DNA of 64,000 nucleotides from Leidyana gryllorum EB-2025a (Eukaryota > Protista > Apicomplexa), in NCBI GenBank assembly GCA_048772705.1, contig JBLWGC010000230.1, forward strand, positions 1,426,001 through 1,490,000, written 5' to 3'. Made by a program: the position numbers and the translations under genes. This document shows, one piece after another, positions 58,605-64,000 of the stretch (position 1 is its first letter; the number at the start of each line of letters is the position of its first letter). The notes under the pieces were generated by a model. That model did not search any database and was not told the DNA's origin. It was given only the letters and a program-made list of their open reading frames with translations.

Positions 58605-59285
58605 ATGTTAATTCGAGTCTCGCGGAACGTGAGGGAAGCATCTCCAGTGGGAAGCGCGTTATTGCTCCTTGCTAGCGGCAGTGTTGCGTCCGCTGGTACG
58701 ACTTTAGCTCGCCCGTACCATTGCGCCGAACACGTCCCAGATGCAGTAGTTCAAGGGGTTGACATGTGGCTGAGAGATGGTGTGGGGTACTTGAAGCCGC
58801 TGGCCAGCGGGTATTTCTGCGTGAAACGGGGCCGTCACCAATATGAAGTTTTCCAAGTTCTGTCGGATGGCAGAGTGAGGAAGCTCGGCAAGAGAATTGA
58901 ATTTAATAGACAATTGCCCTCCCTCCTGCGAGAACAGCGGGCCCACAATGAGAAGGTGCAGAACTGGCTTGAAAGTCTGGGAGTGGGGTTTGAGGACCCC
59001 GAGGTTGCTGTGTTCCAGCAAGGGTGCTCATGTTTGGGAAAGCAGGCCTTCAACCTGGTCTATCAGGGAGGAAGATGTGCCCAGGCAATTGGAAGCTTTG
59101 TACATCGGCTGTTTGAACAAGGCTCAACTTTGAACGCACAATCAGACAACATTTTGGCCTTCAGTGATACCGAAACGGTGTGTTCGGAAAAAGGAGAACA
59201 TACCGAGCTGGTGGGGGGAGATCATACCGAGCGGGACGAGTTACAGCACTGCCTCCCTCCCTCCCTCTCGGATGATATTTGTTGA
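58605..59285 (+). CDS. Hypothetical protein with signal-peptide-like segment
   Basis: ATG 58605 follows ttttttgctcag; hydrophobic segment ALLLLASGSVASA. Confidence 0.55.
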   Translation: MLIRVSRNVREASPVGSALLLLASGSVASAGTTLARPYHCAEHVPDAVVQGVDMWLRDGVGYLKPLASGYFCVKRGRHQYEVFQVLSDGRVRKLGKRIEFNRQLPSLLREQRAHNEKVQNWLESLGVGFEDPEVAVFQQGCSCLGKQAFNLVYQGGRCAQAIGSFVHRLFEQGSTLNAQSDNILAFSDTETVCSEKGEHTELVGGDHTERDELQHCLPPSLSDDIC

Positions 59286-59443
59286 TCTTCCAAGTTTTGA
59301 AGCTGATGCCAGATAGATCTCGACAGCCTCTGTACAGTGATATGCGTGTTTTTGCTTTGTCGGTGGTGTGCTCTACACGGAGCCCGAAACCCTTTGTTAT
59401 CTTAATCGTAAATTAGGAGAACTTTTTTTTTGGACGAAGAGAG

Positions 59444-60967
59444 ATGAGGTGCGTGAGCCTGAGATTAAGGGAACCGGCATGCCTGGAAGTAGGGGGACGG
59501 TGGATGGCGTTGGGCAGCCTAATGTTGTCTCTACGAGGCTTAGTGAACTGGTGTTCGCATAACGAGAGCATTCCCCGGTTTTTGTCAGAAGTAGAGTCCA
59601 AAAAGCGCCTTATGGGATCGAAACGAGGAGTGAGGAAGGTAACACGCAATTCTTGGTTGTCGGTACAAGACGATGGGCGGGGTTGGCTTTTTGTGAAAAC
59701 AGCTCGAAGTACCACTTTCGCAGCTCCATTCCGCCTGCAGGGGGGCAAGGACAAGCGCAAAGCAACGGTCAAAAGGATCGTCGACTTGTTGAAAAAGTAC
59801 CGAGGAGCCGAAGACGGCGATTTTATGTTCTACTTGGAGAGAGCAGGTTTCGTCACCCTCCGATTCCAATCCTCCTCCATCCAAGACTATCTCGGAAGCG
59901 ATCGAGTGGGCCTGCCGGGACCCGAAGTCATGGCCACCAAGAACTCGGCCGTCGACCTCAAACTGGTGGCACAAGACGGTACCTATCTCGTTGTTAGTAA
60001 TAAGGTTGAGGTGATCAGCGAGTCAGCTCAGAAAGCAGTCGCCAACACTTCTCAGACCCAATGTGACGACAACTTAGCCGCGGATACCGCGTCAGTCGAT
60101 CAGACCGCCACGAAACCGACCGTTCGTGGTGTCGCCCTCGAGGAGCAATCACACCCGATCGCACCGCAGCAGCGCAAAAGTGCGCTGAGGTCAAAAAAGG
60201 CAGATGGTCACAAGAAGTCCGTGGCCTTCGGCTGGGCTAAAGGGTACAATGATGACGGAGAAATATGTGATGAGAAGATCCTCAACGTACGTCCTGGGGA
60301 AGGCGAGGATGAAAGGCCAAAGTCGTTCGAACTGTACAAGATCGATTCGAACGACTATGTTTACGCAGCCTCTCTCAATCGTCTGGACGAAGAGGTGTTG
60401 GAGGCTCTGGAGGCTGAGGCCGACAGAGACGCTGCTGAGATGGCCGCGTTGGCTGCAAAGGCTTGGGACTCCGATGCCGAGGAGGAAAAAGAACCGGAAC
60501 CTGCACAGAGCCAATTACCTTTAAGTTGGAAAGCGCTCGAAGAAAAGCTCAAAACACAGTTTAGGTGGAGCCGGCTCGGCAGACTTGGGGACGTAGCCTT
60601 CCTTGGGGAAGCTGTGGGCCAAAAACTCGAGGAGTTCAAGCTCCCCGACAACGAGACTGGGGCAGTTGGGCCTGCCAAAGAAGAGGTATCTCCAGACAGG
60701 GTGTCACCCGAAGACAAGTCACTAGAAGCCTCAGCAGACACACTGTTGGACTCAGCCTCGTCTCAAGTGCCCACGGACGAACAACTCAAGCCTGAGGACA
60801 AATCCGCCGAAAAGGCAGCCAGTGCCGACAGCACTGTGTCCGGCACAGAGAAGAAGGACCCCGAAACCCAATTCGCAGAACTGGTCGCATTCGCAGGAAG
60901 ACTCCATCGTTGGAGAAAGTTTTACATCCGTGCCGAATACGGTCGGCAAAACACTTCAGCACTTTGA
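59444..60967 (+). CDS. Hypothetical acidic protein
   Basis: 507-aa ORF with coding-like composition; start uncertain. Confidence 0.65.
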   Translation: MRCVSLRLREPACLEVGGRWMALGSLMLSLRGLVNWCSHNESIPRFLSEVESKKRLMGSKRGVRKVTRNSWLSVQDDGRGWLFVKTARSTTFAAPFRLQGGKDKRKATVKRIVDLLKKYRGAEDGDFMFYLERAGFVTLRFQSSSIQDYLGSDRVGLPGPEVMATKNSAVDLKLVAQDGTYLVVSNKVEVISESAQKAVANTSQTQCDDNLAADTASVDQTATKPTVRGVALEEQSHPIAPQQRKSALRSKKADGHKKSVAFGWAKGYNDDGEICDEKILNVRPGEGEDERPKSFELYKIDSNDYVYAASLNRLDEEVLEALEAEADRDAAEMAALAAKAWDSDAEEEKEPEPAQSQLPLSWKALEEKLKTQFRWSRLGRLGDVAFLGEAVGQKLEEFKLPDNETGAVGPAKEEVSPDRVSPEDKSLEASADTLLDSASSQVPTDEQLKPEDKSAEKAASADSTVSGTEKKDPETQFAELVAFAGRLHRWRKFYIRAEYGRQNTSAL

Positions 60968-61349
60968 TCTCCATCTGTACATCTGCAACCAATGATAGAT
61001 TTCTCGTCCGTGCATTTCTGAAAAGAACTGATAGAGCTAAGATTTGTGTTCGTGAGGAAGAGGCTCAAAGTCCCTTCGGGGGGAATCCAAAATTACTGCA
61101 AAAAGTCCAGGCAACTCCAAGTCACCGGAAGGCCATCTAATCTTTAGTACCCTATTTGAAGAAGTGTCCGTAGGTAGAAGGAAAAAAGGAAAATGAATGT
61201 GAGAATGAGAGAGTAAGAGAAAGAAGCGCCAAGGGGGCAGAAGTCGTTCACAATCCCCTTTCGAGCTAACTTGGCGCCGTGATCCCCGGTATCGTGTGTG
61301 GGTTAGTCTCCACTCATCGGTGTACAAACAATGTCTGGGGAGTGCACGC

Positions 61350-64000
61350 CTAATTCCCTTGGCGAGCCGCAATGTTGACAAGTCCTCTGTATATTCCATT
61401 GGGGATCTTCATCAATTCGTCGTGAGTTCCCACTTCCGCGATCTTTGCCCCGTGTCCATCGGGATTGACAAAGACCACAATTTTGTCGCAAGTTCTCACA
61501 GTCGATAGCCGATGTGCGATCACTATCGAAGTGTATTGTTTAGTTTCCAACAGGGCGTTGAGGGCTTCTTGCACAACCTTCTCAGATTCTGTGTCCAGAG
61601 CACTGGTTGCTTCATCCAAAATCAGGAGACTGGGCTCTCTAATAAGTGCTCTGGCCACTGCTATGCGTTGCTTCTGGCCGCCACTCAATTTGGAGCCGCC
61701 TCGCCCCACTTCAGTGTCATAGCCTTCAGGCAGCTTTGAGATAAAATCGTGTGCGTTCGCCAACTTGGCGGCTCTGACAACGTCTTCCATCGTGCAATTG
61801 GGCTTGCCGTTCGCTATGTTCTCCTCTATGGTTCCATAGAAGAGCACCGGCTCCTGACTGACCAATCCGATCCTCTGACGCAGTGACTGTATATTGTAGA
61901 GTTGCAGGTCGTGGCCATTGAAGTAAATGGTACCGTCTGTATTGTTGTAGAACCTTTCAACCAACTGGACGCAGGTGCTCTTGCCGCACCCACTGGCGCC
62001 CACCAGAGCCACGCTCTGACCCCGTTTGACGTCAAAGGTAATTGATCGGTAAATTTGAACGTCCGGACGCCGAGGGTAATGGAATTTGACATTCTCAAAA
62101 CGGATGTCCTCTAATGGTGGCACCTTCAGGCCTTCAGGATTGGAGTCGTTAATCACAGGCCTGTTGTCAATGACAGAGTACACACGAGCAGCCGCATCCC
62201 GAGCTTGAGCGTTTCCAGTGGCACTGGTCAAAGCCTTGCCGACGTTCAGAGCCGCCAGAATCAGACAGAACACAGCTTGGAACAACATGCGGATGTCCAG
62301 TGTTCTTTCTGTATCGTTCTGTATGAGCCAGATACCGAAATAGAAGTTTCCTGCTATAATGAAAAGGATCAGACATTGACCCAGGCCCCAGCATAGGCCA
62401 CTTAGCAATGCTCGTCGTCGACCATCGATGTACTCGTCGTCCACAATCTTTTGATAACGCTCGCTCATGACGTCCTGCATGTTGTAAGCCGTAATGGTCC
62501 TGATATTCAGTATACTCTCGTTTAGGATTTGTTGTGTATCATTAAACTCCTCTTCCTCGTCGACAGGAAGACCTGCGTCCCTTTCCTTTGGTTGGAACCC
62601 ACCGGTGCGTTGCAAACTGCTCTGTAGGTATGTGACTGGGACAATAACCAGAACTGAGCCGAGAGCAACTAATCCCAATCTCCAATCAGCCATCATGGCC
62701 AAGATCAAACCCACGAGAATGCCGGTGATGGACTGCACAAATACTGCCGCATTGTCTCCTCCCCATTTCTGGAGACGAACAGCATCGGAGCTCACTAGTC
62801 CCAACAGAGTCCCCGTACTGTGCTCGGGTTCGTCGAAGAACTCGATGTCTTGGCGCAAAACTGCGCTGAAACACCGTTTCCTAACTGCCCGAACAATGAT
62901 GCCTCCACAGTACTCCACCATGGCGACTTGTAAAAATAGGCCTATCCAGGCCGATGCGCCCATCCCAAAAATCGGGCCAATCCACGTAGGCCAGACGTCT
63001 TTCATTGTATTGATGTCTGGTTGCATAAAGACCTCCACGATGTAACTCCAGCATATCGCAAACATAGGCCAGATCAACCTATTTAGAAAGGAATATGAAC
63101 ATCAATTACACTTAGCAACGTACCCGTTGATGACAGCTCCGATCAGACCCAAAATCACTCGGATGTAATGCATCTTAAGAGGCTCTATCGTGCGCCGGTA
63201 CTGGCGCCGATTCGCTCGGTTGGGTTTGGGCCGCGGTGCTATGCGCATGTCAATATCAGCATAACTCGCTTTACTGATACTCGAAAACTTTGACCGCAGC
63301 TTAACCACACTCGCTTGTCTGGGACCCAATTCCGAGGAGTACATTGATGCCAATTCTGCGCTCGCCAGCAAATTACGACGCGCTTCGTCCGCCTCTGCGT
63401 CGGCAGTTCCGATCTGCGCACTCGTCAATGCGGCGTACAGACCATCTGGAATCCCTGCCAACTCATCATGCGAGCCTCGCTCGGCCAAGACAGCGCCTTC
63501 TCCGGTCGGATTATCCAATACACAGATACAGTCCGCTTGCCGTATGGTACTCAGTCGGTGAGCTGAAAAAGTTTCACCCCCGCAAGTCAGCAAAGCGTGT
63601 CTTACCGATGATGATTGTGGTGCGCTGTCCTTTGGCCACCAGTTCGTTGAGGGTCTCCTGAACGATCTTTTCGGACTCATTGTCGAGCGCACTCGTTGCC
63701 TCATCGAGGATTAAGATTTTGGGATCCCGCAGAATCGCACGAGCGATAGCGATTCGCTGTTTTTGTCCACCGCTCAACTGACCGCCGCCTTCGCCAACGT
63801 GCGTATCGTATCCCTTGGGGAACTGAGAGATAAAGTTGTGTGCGTTAGCCTCTTTTGCAGCCTGAATGACCTCTTCTCGTGTGGCGTCCTTCCGCCCCAC
63901 AGCGATATTGGCATAGATCGTGTCGGCGAACAACCGGGGCTCCTGGGACACCAACGCTATCTGATCTCGCAGCCATCCGACGTTATAGTCGCGGATGTCG
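61350..64000 (-). CDS. ABCB1/MDR P-glycoprotein-type full ABC transporter (5'-partial)
   Basis: Two NBDs ([28 protein letters not shown]) and TMD2; introns 63563-63605 and 63079-63123. Confidence 0.95.

Overview
Gene-dense eukaryotic DNA with very short (mostly 37-60 nt) GT-AG introns and tiny intergenic spacers. The alveolate-type GAPDH ([14 protein letters not shown]-loop) and this architecture suggest Perkinsus or a relative (inference, no search run). In order, the window holds: a partial GLE1-like gene; START-domain, SWEET-like, WD40, syntaxin-18-like and coiled-coil genes; a tandem cluster of five diverged 4-TM proteins, four sharing a G[GR]TGWE motif and a phase-1 intron; six intronless GAPDH copies (1248-bp period) plus a decayed seventh; a large F-box-like gene; DIX-like, CCCH and RING-H2 genes; a TMEM230-like gene; an intronless, probably GPI-anchored glycogen-debranching-like protein; FAM135-like and importin-beta-like genes; a ~15-kb gene for a ~4,800-aa membrane protein; two hypotheticals; and a partial ABCB/MDR transporter. 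The most notable observations are the G[GR]TGWE family, a micro-exon transcript missed by the ORF track (~30.1-30.9 kb, minus strand), a possible spliced-leader relic fused to the GAPDH ATGs, and head-to-head or ATGA-overlapping gene junctions. All protein identifications come from motif recognition only. No rRNA, tRNA, CRISPR or transposon was recognised.
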